DNA from: Actinomycetota bacterium
Lineage (GTDB): Bacteria; Actinomycetota; Thermoleophilia; Gaiellales; Gaiellaceae
NCBI GenBank assembly: GCA_020029615.1
Contig: JAIBJO010000004.1
Coordinates: 3,983-67,982, forward strand
DNA: 64,000 bases
Direction of reading: 5' to 3'
Shown here in pieces: positions 49,999-59,606 of the stretch. The first letter of the stretch is position 1. Each line of letters starts with the position of its first letter. The notes under the pieces are model-generated. The model did not search any database, had not been told where the DNA came from, and saw nothing but the letters and a program-made list of their open reading frames with translations. Position numbers and translations under genes: made by a program.

Positions 49999-50819
49999 TC
50001 GCTCTCACCACCGTCGGCGACGACCGCCGCCGGCTCGAGCTCGGGCTCGTGCTCGGACCCCGCGTCGGACTCGACCACAGAAGCCTCCGGCTCCTCGCTA
50101 GTGGGCGCCTCATCGAGGACCAGCTCCGACGGCGTGATCTTCGTCCGTCCCGCGGCGATCCCGTCTGCGAGGACGCGGGTGACGAGGTTGCAGGAGCGAA
50201 TCGCGTCGTCGTTGCCCGGGATGACGAAGTTCGCCTCGTCGGGATCGGCGTTCGTGTCCACGAGCCCGATCACGGGAACTCCGAGGCGGCGCGTCTCGCG
50301 CACGGCGAGCTGTTCCTTCTTGAGGTCGAGGACGAAGACCGCATCGGGCTGCCGCTTCATGTCTGCGACACCGCCCAGGTTGGCCTCGAGCTTCTCGAGG
50401 TCGGCCTCCATCGCGAGGCGTTCCTTCGACGGCAGGAGCTCCAGCTGCCCGTCGGCCTTCAACCGGCGGAGATCGTGCAGATAGGCGATGCGCTCGGAGA
50501 TCGTCCGCCAGTTCGTGAGCAGCCCGCCCAGCCAGCGGTGGTTCACGTAGGGCATCCCGACGCGAGTGGCGTGCTCCCTGACGGCGTCCTGCGCTTGCTT
50601 CTTCGTGCCGACGAACAGGATCGTTCCCCCGCGATCGGCGACGTTCCGCACGAAGTCGTACGACTCCTCGAGCAACTCGAGCGTCTTCGTGAGGTCGATG
50701 ATGTAGATCCCTCCGCGCTCGCCGAAGATGTAGCGGCGCATCTTGGGATTCCAGCGACGCGTTTGGTGGCCGAAGTGGACACCGGCCTCCAACAGCTCCC
50801 GCATGGTGACGACTGACAC
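49995..50819 (-). CDS. rpsB: 30S ribosomal protein S2
   Basis: Canonical S2 ([19 protein letters not shown]) with an acidic C-terminal tail. Confidence 0.96.
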   Translation of the reverse strand: MSVVTMRELLEAGVHFGHQTRRWNPKMRRYIFGERGGIYIIDLTKTLELLEESYDFVRNVADRGGTILFVGTKKQAQDAVREHATRVGMPYVNHRWLGGLLTNWRTISERIAYLHDLRRLKADGQLELLPSKERLAMEADLEKLEANLGGVADMKRQPDAVFVLDLKKEQLAVRETRRLGVPVIGLVDTNADPDEANFVIPGNDDAIRSCNLVTRVLADGIAAGRTKITPSELVLDEAPTSEEPEASVVESDAGSEHEPELEPAAVVADGGESE

Positions 50820-50980
50820 GCGATCAGCCCCTTTCCGGTTTGGTTTGACGGTGTTTCACCGGCGGGCCGGGCGGAACCGCGCACAGAGCTGCGGCACCCC
50901 CACCACGGCGTGTTCGCCGGGTCGAAGGGACAGAGATCGCCGAAGAGTCTAGCTGTCGTGAACGAGCTTGTGACACTGTG

Positions 50981-51886
50981 TCACGTGGCTTCGCGCGCTC
51001 GCTCCAGAGCATCGCTCAGATCGGCCGGAAGCGGCGACTCGAGATCGACCGCCTCGTCCGTGCTGGGATGTCGGAAGCGAAGTCGATGCGCGTGCAGGAA
51101 CTGCCGCTGGAGGCCGAGATCGTCCTTCACGCCGTACTGCGGGTCTCCGGACACCGGTAGGTCGATCGCGGCTAGGTGCACGCGGACCTGGTGTGTTCTC
51201 CCTGTTTCCAGGCGGACGTCCAGCAGCGCATGCTCCGTGAGCGTCTCGAGCACTTCGAAATGCGTCACCGCGTCGCGCGGCTCGTCGGTATCGAGGGAGC
51301 GCCGAGTCGGGTCACGGCGATCGCGGCCGATCGGGGCGGCGATCCTGCCCGTGCGCGATCGAGGCCGCCCCTTGACGAGTGCCAGATAGCGGCGCTCGAC
51401 CTCGCGCCGGCGAATTCCCTCTTGCAGCGCCGAGTACACCTCGTCGGAACGCGCGACAACCAGGAGGCCGGACGTGTCCCGGTCGAGCCGATGGACGATT
51501 CCGGGCCGTGTGGGATCGCGTCCCCCGCTCGCTCCGAGCGTGAGCAGCTGTCCCGCGAGCGTGCCCGAGCGCGCTCCGGCACCGGGATGCACCGTCAGTC
51601 CCGCCGGCTTGTCGACGACGAGCACGTAGTCGTCCGAGTAGACGACGGGTACCGTCGCCGGCTGTGGGCGAAGTCCCTCCGAGGCCGCCGGAAGCTCGAC
51701 TTCGACCACCGAGCCCGCCGCCAGTCTGTGGCTCTTCGGCCTGACGATGCCGTCGACCAGCACCGCCCGCTCCTGCAGGAGGCGCTCGGCCAGTGACCGC
51801 GTTCCGACCTCGGAACGTCCGGCGAGCGCTCGATCGAGGCGCAAGCCCGCGTCGTCGTCAGCGACGGAGAAGCGGAGCGTCGCCAT
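50981..51886 (-). CDS. rluD: RluA-family 23S rRNA pseudouridine synthase (RluD-like)
   Basis: S4-like N-domain and catalytic HRLDRDTSGLLVVA. ATG 51886 chosen. Confidence 0.88.
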   Translation of the reverse strand: MATLRFSVADDDAGLRLDRALAGRSEVGTRSLAERLLQERAVLVDGIVRPKSHRLAAGSVVEVELPAASEGLRPQPATVPVVYSDDYVLVVDKPAGLTVHPGAGARSGTLAGQLLTLGASGGRDPTRPGIVHRLDRDTSGLLVVARSDEVYSALQEGIRRREVERRYLALVKGRPRSRTGRIAAPIGRDRRDPTRRSLDTDEPRDAVTHFEVLETLTEHALLDVRLETGRTHQVRVHLAAIDLPVSGDPQYGVKDDLGLQRQFLHAHRLRFRHPSTDEAVDLESPLPADLSDALERAREAT

Positions 51887-52460
51887 CGCGCGCACCGTGC
51901 ATGCGGTGCGATCTGTCGGCGAGCACGAGCGCACCGAAGAGGATGGTGACCCCGACGACGATGAACGTGTCCGCGAGGTTGAACGCGGGCCAGGCGTCGA
52001 GATCGAGGAAGTCGGTGACGTGGCCGAGGCGGATGCGGTCGATCAGGTTCGCGATGCTCCCACCGAGGACGAGACCGAGTGCAACGGGAAGCACCGGATG
52101 TCGCCGTCCCGAGCGCGCGAAGAACCAGATCATGAGCCCGACGGCGATTCCCGTCACGCCGATCACGAGCGACGTGCGGCTCGAGAACAACCCGAACGCG
52201 ATTCCGGAGTTCTGAACGTGATGGATCGAGAACGGACCGGCGATCGCGACGCTGTCCCCGATCGCGAGCGTGCGCCCGACGGCCTGCTTGGTGATCTGAT
52301 CGGCCACGATCGCAGCGCCGGCGACCGCGAGAAGCGCGATCCACTGCGCCGAGCCGGCAGCGAGTGAGCGCTCCGCGCTCGAGATGGGTTGCAGCGCGTT
52401 CGCGGTCGATCCGACGCGGACGTCGACGAGCGTGGCGTCCGTCCGGGCGGGCTCGCTCAT
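51858..52460 (-). CDS. lspA: lipoprotein signal peptidase II
   Basis: NSGIAFG and FNLAD motifs. ATG 52460 shares 1 nt with the upstream stop. 29-nt overlap with the rluD start. Confidence 0.85.
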   Translation of the reverse strand: MSEPARTDATLVDVRVGSTANALQPISSAERSLAAGSAQWIALLAVAGAAIVADQITKQAVGRTLAIGDSVAIAGPFSIHHVQNSGIAFGLFSSRTSLVIGVTGIAVGLMIWFFARSGRRHPVLPVALGLVLGGSIANLIDRIRLGHVTDFLDLDAWPAFNLADTFIVVGVTILFGALVLADRSHRMHGARDGDAPLLRR

Positions 52461-52819
52461 CAGCGCTCCTGTTCGCGCTTGTCGTCGATACAGAGCGTCG
52501 CGTACGGCACGGCCTCGAGGCGCTCCTCGCCGATAGGTCTGCCACAGGCCACACACACACCATAGGTGCCGTCGTCGATTCGGCGAAGCGCTGTCTCGAT
52601 CTCCTGGAGGATGTGCTCGGCGTTCTCCTCGAGCCCCTCGTCCAGTTCACGCATGAAGGTGTCCGTGGCGCTGTCTGCCAGGTGGTCGCCCGAGCCGATC
52701 GCGAGGTCTCCCGTCTCCTCGAGCAGCGACTCTTCGTGGTTGACCACGGTCAGTGCATGCCGGAGTCGCGCCTGCTCGGTCTCGAGATCACGACGGAACC
52801 GCTGGAGATCGATGCTCAC
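52460..52819 (-). CDS. DksA/TraR-family zinc-finger protein
   Basis: Coiled-coil N-terminus and CVAC-x17-CIDD finger. The fourth ligand position is Asp rather than Cys. Confidence 0.75.
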   Translation of the reverse strand: MSIDLQRFRRDLETEQARLRHALTVVNHEESLLEETGDLAIGSGDHLADSATDTFMRELDEGLEENAEHILQEIETALRRIDDGTYGVCVACGRPIGEERLEAVPYATLCIDDKREQER

Positions 52820-53106
52820 GGCCTGCGCTCTGCGACTGCCGAAAGGATGCCTTCGGCTGCGTCGCGGCTCATGCCGTCGAGCTCGACGACCTTGTCCCGC
52901 GCGGCCGCCCCGTGGGTCAGCGTCAGGTCGCGCTTCGGAACGTCCAGTGTGCGGGCCAGGAACCGGAGCAGTTCCTCGTTCGCTTTCCCTGCCTCGGGTG
53001 CGGCCGTGACGCGGACCTTCCAGGCGTCGCCGTGGCGCCCCACGACCCCGGTCCGAGATGCACCGGGTTGGACGCGCAACCGCAGGCTCGTGCGCGGGCC
53101 AGTCAC
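52816..53106 (-). CDS. DUF167/YggU-family protein
   Basis: LRLRVQPGASRTGVVG...KVRVTAAPEAGKANEELLRFLA matches the UPF0235 pattern. Confidence 0.8.
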   Translation of the reverse strand: MTGPRTSLRLRVQPGASRTGVVGRHGDAWKVRVTAAPEAGKANEELLRFLARTLDVPKRDLTLTHGAAARDKVVELDGMSRDAAEGILSAVAERRP

Positions 53107-53133
53107 GACCCGAAGGATATCGGCGGCTTGCGC

Positions 53134-53640
53134 CTAGCCAGCTACCTTGCGGATCCCGCTGTCCGTGACCTCACCGATCTCGGGTCGAGTCTCGGAAGGG
53201 TCGCTCTGGCTGTCGACCTCCTTCTCTCCCGTCCACTCGCCGAGTGAGTCGAGCGCAGCGCGAAGCTGAGCGCGGATCTTGACCATGTCCTCCTCGAGCC
53301 GGCGCTTCTCGGCAGCCGCCTCGCGGGTGACCCTGCGCGACTCGGCATGAGCCTCCTGGACGATCAGGTCCGACTCGCGACGCGCCTGCTCCTTCATGTC
53401 CTGAGCGGCACGCTCGGCGGACACGAGCGTCGAGCGCAGGAGCGCCTCCAGCTCGCGGTGCTTGGCCGCGTCGGCGTCGAGCTCCTCGAGGCGGTCGGTG
53501 AGGTCGGCGCGCTCGCGCCACACCTCCTCGAAGCTGTCGGCGATCTCGGTGAGGAGCGCATCGACGCCGGGCTTGCGGTAGCCACGGAACCATGCGCGGC
53601 GCAGGTCGATGTGTCGTATCTCGACGGGTGTGAGCGGCAT
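53134..53640 (-). CDS. DivIVA-domain cell-division/polarity protein
   Basis: N-terminal MPLTPVEIRHIDLRRAWFRGYRKPGVDALL followed by coiled coil. Confidence 0.85.
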   Translation of the reverse strand: MPLTPVEIRHIDLRRAWFRGYRKPGVDALLTEIADSFEEVWRERADLTDRLEELDADAAKHRELEALLRSTLVSAERAAQDMKEQARRESDLIVQEAHAESRRVTREAAAEKRRLEEDMVKIRAQLRAALDSLGEWTGEKEVDSQSDPSETRPEIGEVTDSGIRKVAG

Positions 53641-53651
53641 TCTAGGACCTC

Positions 53652-53993
53652 CTACAGCAGTGCCCCGATGAGGCGGTTGACGAGCTCGGCCGCAACGAGC
53701 AGGACGACGACGGCCACGATGGGCGACAGGTCGAGTGGCCCGATGGTGGGGATGCGGCCCCTGAAGAGGCCCAGGTAGGGACGGCAGACTTCATCCAGAA
53801 ACCTTTGCACAGTTGCGGCAACTCCGGAATATGGAAGCTGAATCCACGAAAGTAGGACGTACGCGAAGATGAGCAGGACGTAGATCCCGACGAACACGGA
53901 CACGAAGCTCTGCAGCGACGACGCTGTGTCGGCGAGGACGGTGAGAGTGGCTTGAACGCCCACCGCAGGCGTCTTCGCCGTGCCAACCCCCAT
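53652..53993 (-). CDS. YggT-family membrane protein
   Basis: ATG 53993 chosen. YVLLIFAYVLLSW...PYLGLFRGRIP...DLSPIV pattern. Confidence 0.8.
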   Translation of the reverse strand: MGVGTAKTPAVGVQATLTVLADTASSLQSFVSVFVGIYVLLIFAYVLLSWIQLPYSGVAATVQRFLDEVCRPYLGLFRGRIPTIGPLDLSPIVAVVVLLVAAELVNRLIGALL

Positions 53994-54030
53994 TCCTTGA
54001 TCCTCGACTGATGCGTCGCTAGCCAGGCAG

Positions 54031-54555
54031 CTAGGCCTGGTTGAAGAAGCCGCCGCGCTCCATGGCGCGCGCGCGCTCCTCGGCAGAGAGCTCGACGTCA
54101 CGAGGCGTCAGCAGGAACACCTTGTCGGCAACGCGCTGCATGCTGCCGTCGAGCGCATACGTGAGCCCGCTCGCGAAGTCGATCAGCCGCTTCGAGAGCT
54201 CCGTGTCGGCGCCCTGGAGGTTCAGGATCACCGGGATCTGCGCCTTGAAGCGATCCGCGATCTGCTTCGCGTCGTTGAACGTCCGCGGGACCACGAGGTG
54301 CACCTTCGCGGGAGGCGGCGCATCGACGCTGCGGAGTCGCGAGGAGCGCTCGCGACGTGACGGAGGCGGGGCGTCCTCCGACGGCCATTCGTCGGCCATC
54401 TGGGAGCTCGGCAGCCGCCTGACGTTCTTGCGGTCGCGGCGGCGGTAGTCCTCCTCGAGCTGCTCGTTGGTCTGGTACCCGTCCTCGTCCCACTCCTCGT
54501 CCTCGGCGATGCCGAAGTAGACGAGCGTGCGGCTCCAGAGATCGCTGAACCCCAT
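54031..54555 (-). CDS. sepF: cell division protein SepF
   Basis: MGFSDLWSRTLVYFGI N-terminal membrane-targeting helix and the C-terminal SepF core (PRTFNDAKQIADRFKAQIPVILNL). Confidence 0.88.
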   Translation of the reverse strand: MGFSDLWSRTLVYFGIAEDEEWDEDGYQTNEQLEEDYRRRDRKNVRRLPSSQMADEWPSEDAPPPSRRERSSRLRSVDAPPPAKVHLVVPRTFNDAKQIADRFKAQIPVILNLQGADTELSKRLIDFASGLTYALDGSMQRVADKVFLLTPRDVELSAEERARAMERGGFFNQA

Positions 54556-54630
54556 GACCGCGGGATTCTAGCCCCCGTGCAGCAGATTCCGGCACGGCAT
54601 CACTTGCCGTGCCGTCGCCCTCGTACGACC

Positions 54631-55971
54631 ATGTATGCCGTGGAGCGGCCAGATACCCGCTTTGCCTGGAACGGCGACGTGTCTCTCGCATACCAGGTGG
54701 TCGGTGACGGGGCCTCGGACCTGCTGTATCTCCAGGGCTACTGCTCGCACGTGGACATGAACTGGGAGAGCCCTCACCTCGCGCACTTCTTGCGCGGGCT
54801 CGCGCAGCACGCACGGCTGATCGTGACCGACCGTCGCGGCTGGGGATGTTCGGAGCGCTTTTCGCCCGGTTACGTCGCGGACATCGACACGCTGACCGAC
54901 GACATCCTCGCCGTCATGGCGGCAACGGGTTCTGAGCGGGTGTCGATCCTTGCGACCTACGAGTCGACGATCGTGGCCTCGCTCTTCGCCGCTGTCTATC
55001 CCGAGCGAACGATGTCTCTCGCTCTCGTCGATCCACAGCTGACGTACCTCCCGACCGACGAGACGCCTTGGATGCCGTCGCTCGCCCGCTGGCAGGAACA
55101 GATCTCGCTCTTCCGCGCTACGTGGGGCACGCCGAAGTGGTGGGACTCACCCGACGGGCCCGAGCGGGCGTGGTTCGCCCGATACACGCGTGCCTCGGTG
55201 ACACCGGGAGGGCTCGCTGCCGAGGTCGAGAGCTATCTCGACACCGACATCTGCGCAGTCTTGCCGTCGATCCAGGTGCCGACTCTCGTCCTCGTCGACA
55301 CAGACTCGTTCTACGAGGTGCTCCCCGAGACCGGACGATACGCGGCGAGCAAGATCCCGGGAGCTCGCCTCGTCGAGCATTCGAGCCAGGGAGGCCCACA
55401 TTTCCACTGGTACGCACGTGCCGACCCGATCGTCCAGGAAGTGGGGCGCTTTCTCGCACAGATTCGGGACGAGGAGGCGTCGTTCGACCGCGTCCTCGCA
55501 ACCGTGCTCTTCACCGACATCGTCGGATCCACCGCGCTCGCTGCGCAGCTCGGAGACCGTCGCTGGCGCGAGCTCGCCGAGCAGCACCATGCAACAGTTC
55601 GAACCTTGCTCGCCCGCTACAGAGGCAGCGAGCTCGATACGGCCGGCGACGGGTTCTTCGCTTCGTTCGACGGGCCAGCGCGCGCGGTCCGGTGCGCAGT
55701 GGCAATCACGGACGCCGTCCGAGGACTGGGCATCGAGATCCGGGCCGGCCTACACACGGGTGAGGTCGAGCGACTCGACGGCAAGGTCGGCGGGCTCGCG
55801 GTGAACATCGGAGCTCGGGTCGCCACGCTGGCGGCACCGTCGGAGGTGCTGGTCTCCCAGACGGTGCGGGATCTGATGGTCGGCTCGGACCTTGTATTCG
55901 AAGACCGTGGACTGCACGCGTTCAAGGGCGTCCCTGGAGAGTGGCGCGTTCACGCCGTGGTACGACCGTAG
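54631..55971 (+). CDS. class III adenylate/guanylate cyclase with N-terminal alpha/beta-hydrolase-fold domain
   Basis: Cyclase core VLFTDIVGST...GDGFFASF...RAGLHTGEV...GLAVNIGARV. N-domain carries DRRGWGCSE but no G-x-S-x-G elbow. It is the only plus-strand gene in a ~22 kb minus-strand array. Confidence 0.85.
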   Translation: MYAVERPDTRFAWNGDVSLAYQVVGDGASDLLYLQGYCSHVDMNWESPHLAHFLRGLAQHARLIVTDRRGWGCSERFSPGYVADIDTLTDDILAVMAATGSERVSILATYESTIVASLFAAVYPERTMSLALVDPQLTYLPTDETPWMPSLARWQEQISLFRATWGTPKWWDSPDGPERAWFARYTRASVTPGGLAAEVESYLDTDICAVLPSIQVPTLVLVDTDSFYEVLPETGRYAASKIPGARLVEHSSQGGPHFHWYARADPIVQEVGRFLAQIRDEEASFDRVLATVLFTDIVGSTALAAQLGDRRWRELAEQHHATVRTLLARYRGSELDTAGDGFFASFDGPARAVRCAVAITDAVRGLGIEIRAGLHTGEVERLDGKVGGLAVNIGARVATLAAPSEVLVSQTVRDLMVGSDLVFEDRGLHAFKGVPGEWRVHAVVRP

Positions 55972-55977
55972 GTCTCG

Positions 55978-56580
55978 TCAGGGGGAGAAGAGGGCCTCTC
56001 CGACTCGGACGTAGGTCGCCTCCTCCTCCACCGCGACCCGATAGTCCTGCGACGTCCCCATGCTGAGCTCGGAAAGGCCGTGCTCCGAGGCGAGCTCGCG
56101 CAGGCGCCGAAAGTACGGTCGTGACACCTCGGGGTCGTCGGCGAGCGGCGGCATCGTCATCAACCCGCGAATGAACGGGTAGCGCTCGAGGTAGCCGGCG
56201 ATTTCCACCGGCTCGACACCGGACTTCGTCGCCTCGCCGGCGAGATTCACCTCGAGGAGCGCCGGGATCGCGAGCCTCCGCGCTGCCGAGTCGGACGAAA
56301 GCGAGTGCACGAGTTCGCAGACGTCGTTGACGACCTTGACCTTGTTCGACTGGAGGTGGCCGATGAAATGCCAGCGAAACCTGTCTGCGAAGCGGGCATG
56401 TTTCGCGAGCAGATCCTGCGCTCGATTCTCGCCGACCACCTCGACTCCGGCATCGTCCAGGACGGCCATGTCCTCGAGCGAGACGTACTTCGTCGCAACC
56501 ACGACCGTCACAGCCGACCCGACCTCGTCACGGAGACGCCGATAGCGCTCGCCGATCTCGAGCGCCGTCGCGACGCTCAC
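55978..56580 (-). CDS. yggS: YggS-family pyridoxal-phosphate homeostasis protein
   Basis: Alanine-racemase N-fold with VVVATKYV (PLP Lys) and HFIGHLQSNK motifs. 200 aa. Confidence 0.85.
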   Translation of the reverse strand: MSVATALEIGERYRRLRDEVGSAVTVVVATKYVSLEDMAVLDDAGVEVVGENRAQDLLAKHARFADRFRWHFIGHLQSNKVKVVNDVCELVHSLSSDSAARRLAIPALLEVNLAGEATKSGVEPVEIAGYLERYPFIRGLMTMPPLADDPEVSRPYFRRLRELASEHGLSELSMGTSQDYRVAVEEEATYVRVGEALFSP

Positions 56581-59150
56581 GAGGCGGCCGTTGCCGCGAC
56601 GAGCTCGCGCGCCGCGGCGAGCTCCGAATCGCGACCGTCGAGCTCGCCGTTCAGCTTCCGCCGGCGAAGCTCGCCGAGCACTTCCCCGATTCGGGGCGAC
56701 TCCTGCAGGCCCATGGCGACGAGGTCGGCGCCACTGATCTCGAGCTCCACCGCGCGCAGCCGCACGAAGTAGTCGCGGAGCGCCGGCTGCTCTTCTCGAG
56801 CCAGAGCGAGGAGTGGCGCATCGGGCCCGAACGGGTCGGCGAGCGCGACGACCTGGGCGGGCTCGAGATCTGCCTCACGCAGCCGCTCGCCGATCATCGG
56901 CGCCACTGTGATCGCTCCGACGATGCGGTCCACGTCCCGGCGGCGGACCTTGAGGCGGTCGAGCCAATCGAACGCCTCGTCGGATGTCATGACGCGGGCG
57001 AGCACGGCGACTCCGAGCCTCCACACGGGAACGTCGACGTGCAGCTCGTCCCGCAGCGCGCGGGCACGCTCGAAGAGAGCTGCGGCCTCCCGGTCTCCGC
57101 GAAGATGAGACTGAATCGCCCGGTCGACGCCGAGCTCGCCGAGTCGTGCAATCCCACCCGGCGCTCCGGGGTCCTCGAGCAGCTGCACGAGCTCGTCGCG
57201 GAGACGAACGGACGAGAGGTCTCCGACGAGCCCCATCTCGATGCATCCGCGCGCGAGCCGGGTCGTGTGCTCGTCGAAGCGAAAGCCGTAGCGGGCCTCG
57301 TACCGAATGCCGCGGAAGATCCGAGTCGGGTCGTCGATGAACGACAGGTTGTGGAGGACTCGGAGGACCCGCGCCCCGAGGTCGGCCCGACCGTCGTAGG
57401 GGTCGACGAGGTGGCCGAAGTCGGCCGGCTTGAGCGACGCTGCCATCGCGTTGATCGTGAAGTCACGGCGGCGAAGGTCTTCTCGCAACGCCGCTCGCTC
57501 GACTGTCGGAAGCGCGCCCGGGGCGTCGTAGAACTCGGTTCGTGTGGTGACGACGTCGAGTCGCCCGCCGTCACCGTAGGAGACGATCGCGGTGCCGAAC
57601 TTGTCGTGTGGCGTATAGCGGCCTTTGAGCACTCCTGCGAGCGAGCGTGCGAATGCGATCGCGTCGCCTTCGACCGCGATGTCGATGTCGAAGCTCTCCT
57701 CTCCGAGAAGGATGTCCCGAAGCGTTCCACCCACGAGGTAGACGCCTTCGGCCCGATCGCCGAGCGTCGCCACGGCTTCGATGACCGGTCGGAGCTGCTC
57801 GAGCGCACTCAGCTCGGGCGCCAGGCTTCCTGCGTCGTCGACGGGCGCGGGTTCCATGCCTTCGAGCGAGCGTAGGAGGTCGGCACGGCTGACCACGCCG
57901 ACGAGCCTGTCGTCTCGAAGCACCGCGACCCGTCCGTCCTCGGCAGTCGTGACGAGCGCCTGTAACTCCGCGAGCGTCGCATCCTCCGCTGCCACTGCGA
58001 CGCGACCGCTCATGATCCCGCGCACCGGGGCGTGTGCCAGCTCGTGGCCGACCGCCTTGTCGAGGTCTTCGCGGCTCACGCTCCCGACGACCCGTCCGCC
58101 TTCGACCACGAAGACCCCGCTCTGGCCATGCCGCTGGCAGAGCGTCATCGCGTCCCGCACCGTGTCGTCCGGCCCCACGGAGCGCGGCGGAGTCGACATG
58201 ACCTCGCGTGCCTGACGCCGTTCGCGCTGCGCCTGTCCAAGCGCCTCGACGACGACGGCTCGCGCCGCGTCGAGCTCGAGGCGGCCGATCGCCGAGGCAG
58301 CCTGCGCGTGACCTCCTCCACCGAGCGCGTTCGCGATCACCGACGCGTCGATCCGGTCGGTCCGGCTACGAGCGACAGCGAACACACGACCGTCCATCTC
58401 GACGAGCAGGACGAGTGCGCGGGCGTCGGTGAGGTCGATGATCTTGTGGGCGAGGTTGGAGATGCCTTCGACGTACTCGGGCCAGCGGACCGCTGCGAGC
58501 AAGACCTCCTCGCCTCCGGCGTCGACGGGCTCGAGCGCATCCATCAGCTCGTGGAGAAGTTCCCGCTCGTTCGCCGCGAGCGGTGCGTGCAGATACGCGG
58601 CGACGAGATCCTGTCGAGCACCGTGACGCATGCACCAGGCGAGGGCGTCGGCGTCACGCTGTGTGCTTGAGGGGTACGTGAGCGAGCCCGTGTCCTCGTG
58701 GATCCCGAGAGCGAACGCGGTCGCCTCGAGGGCGGTCGGCGCGATCTCGCGCTCCGCCAGGATCCCCACGAGCGTCGTCGTCAGCGCACCGTCCGTCGAG
58801 AAGACCGCGGCCTCCTCGCGCACCCAGTCCGGGACTCCGGACTCGCCGTGATGGTCGAACAGCGCCTTCTCGACCGAGGGATCGAGCGCGACGGCCTCGA
58901 GCTCGCCGAGCCGTGACGCGGTCGCAGCCTCGATCACGACGAGTCGCTTGACCGCACCGAGCTCGAGCTTCCCGACGTCCGCGATCGCCCCCAGCTCGTC
59001 GGCGTGAAGGCGATAGAAGTCGCGCACGTTGCGGTTGAGGGAGCCGACCGCCACCACCGCGCCTGGGTACAGGAGACGCGCGGCGAGCATCGCCGCGAAT
59101 GCATCGAAGTCGGTGCTCCCGTGGGTGGCGATGACCTCCTCGGCCCGCAT
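56577..59150 (-). CDS. DHH/DHHA1 - tandem CBS - poly(A) polymerase/CCA-adding nucleotidyltransferase fusion protein
   Basis: DHH motifs (THGSTDFDAFAA, LFDHHGES), DHHA1 GGGGHAQAAS, two CBS modules, nucleotidyltransferase head VYLVGGTLRDILLGEESFDIDIAVEG. Confidence 0.85.
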   Translation of the reverse strand: MRAEEVIATHGSTDFDAFAAMLAARLLYPGAVVAVGSLNRNVRDFYRLHADELGAIADVGKLELGAVKRLVVIEAATASRLGELEAVALDPSVEKALFDHHGESGVPDWVREEAAVFSTDGALTTTLVGILAEREIAPTALEATAFALGIHEDTGSLTYPSSTQRDADALAWCMRHGARQDLVAAYLHAPLAANERELLHELMDALEPVDAGGEEVLLAAVRWPEYVEGISNLAHKIIDLTDARALVLLVEMDGRVFAVARSRTDRIDASVIANALGGGGHAQAASAIGRLELDAARAVVVEALGQAQRERRQAREVMSTPPRSVGPDDTVRDAMTLCQRHGQSGVFVVEGGRVVGSVSREDLDKAVGHELAHAPVRGIMSGRVAVAAEDATLAELQALVTTAEDGRVAVLRDDRLVGVVSRADLLRSLEGMEPAPVDDAGSLAPELSALEQLRPVIEAVATLGDRAEGVYLVGGTLRDILLGEESFDIDIAVEGDAIAFARSLAGVLKGRYTPHDKFGTAIVSYGDGGRLDVVTTRTEFYDAPGALPTVERAALREDLRRRDFTINAMAASLKPADFGHLVDPYDGRADLGARVLRVLHNLSFIDDPTRIFRGIRYEARYGFRFDEHTTRLARGCIEMGLVGDLSSVRLRDELVQLLEDPGAPGGIARLGELGVDRAIQSHLRGDREAAALFERARALRDELHVDVPVWRLGVAVLARVMTSDEAFDWLDRLKVRRRDVDRIVGAITVAPMIGERLREADLEPAQVVALADPFGPDAPLLALAREEQPALRDYFVRLRAVELEISGADLVAMGLQESPRIGEVLGELRRRKLNGELDGRDSELAAARELVAATAAS

Positions 59151-59198
59151 GGGCTCATTCTGCCCGGGTGTCAGGCCGCGGTCTTGCAGTGATCTCGC

Positions 59199-59588
59199 TC
59201 AGACGTGAGCGACGGCCTCGATCTCGACGACGGCGCCGCTCGGGAGCCCCGAGATCTGAACCGTCGAGCGTGCCGGAGGACGGTCGCCGACGTGCCGTGC
59301 GTAGACCTCGTTCATCCCACCGAAGTCGCCTAGGTCCATCAGGAAGACCGTCGTCTTGACGAGCTTGTCGAGCCCGCTGCCCGCCGCCTCGAGGATGGCG
59401 CCGAGGTTCCGCATCGCCTGCTCCGTCTGCTCGGACACGCCCGAGCCTGCGAGCTGCCCGGTCTCGAGCTCGATCCCGAGCTGCCCTGCGACGAACACGA
59501 GATCACCGATGCGAATCGCCTGGTTGTACGGTGCGCCCTGGAAAGGCCCTGGGGCCAGGTCCGTGCGCACGACGTCCTTCGCTGCCAT
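59199..59588 (-). CDS. ridA: RidA/YjgF-family reactive intermediate deaminase
   Basis: 129 aa. YNQAIRIGDLVFVAGQ...VKTTVFL...PARSTVQ...LPSGAVVEIEAVA pattern. Confidence 0.88.
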   Translation of the reverse strand: MAAKDVVRTDLAPGPFQGAPYNQAIRIGDLVFVAGQLGIELETGQLAGSGVSEQTEQAMRNLGAILEAAGSGLDKLVKTTVFLMDLGDFGGMNEVYARHVGDRPPARSTVQISGLPSGAVVEIEAVAHV

Positions 59589-59606
59589 GAGAGCCCCTTT
59601 CGCTCC

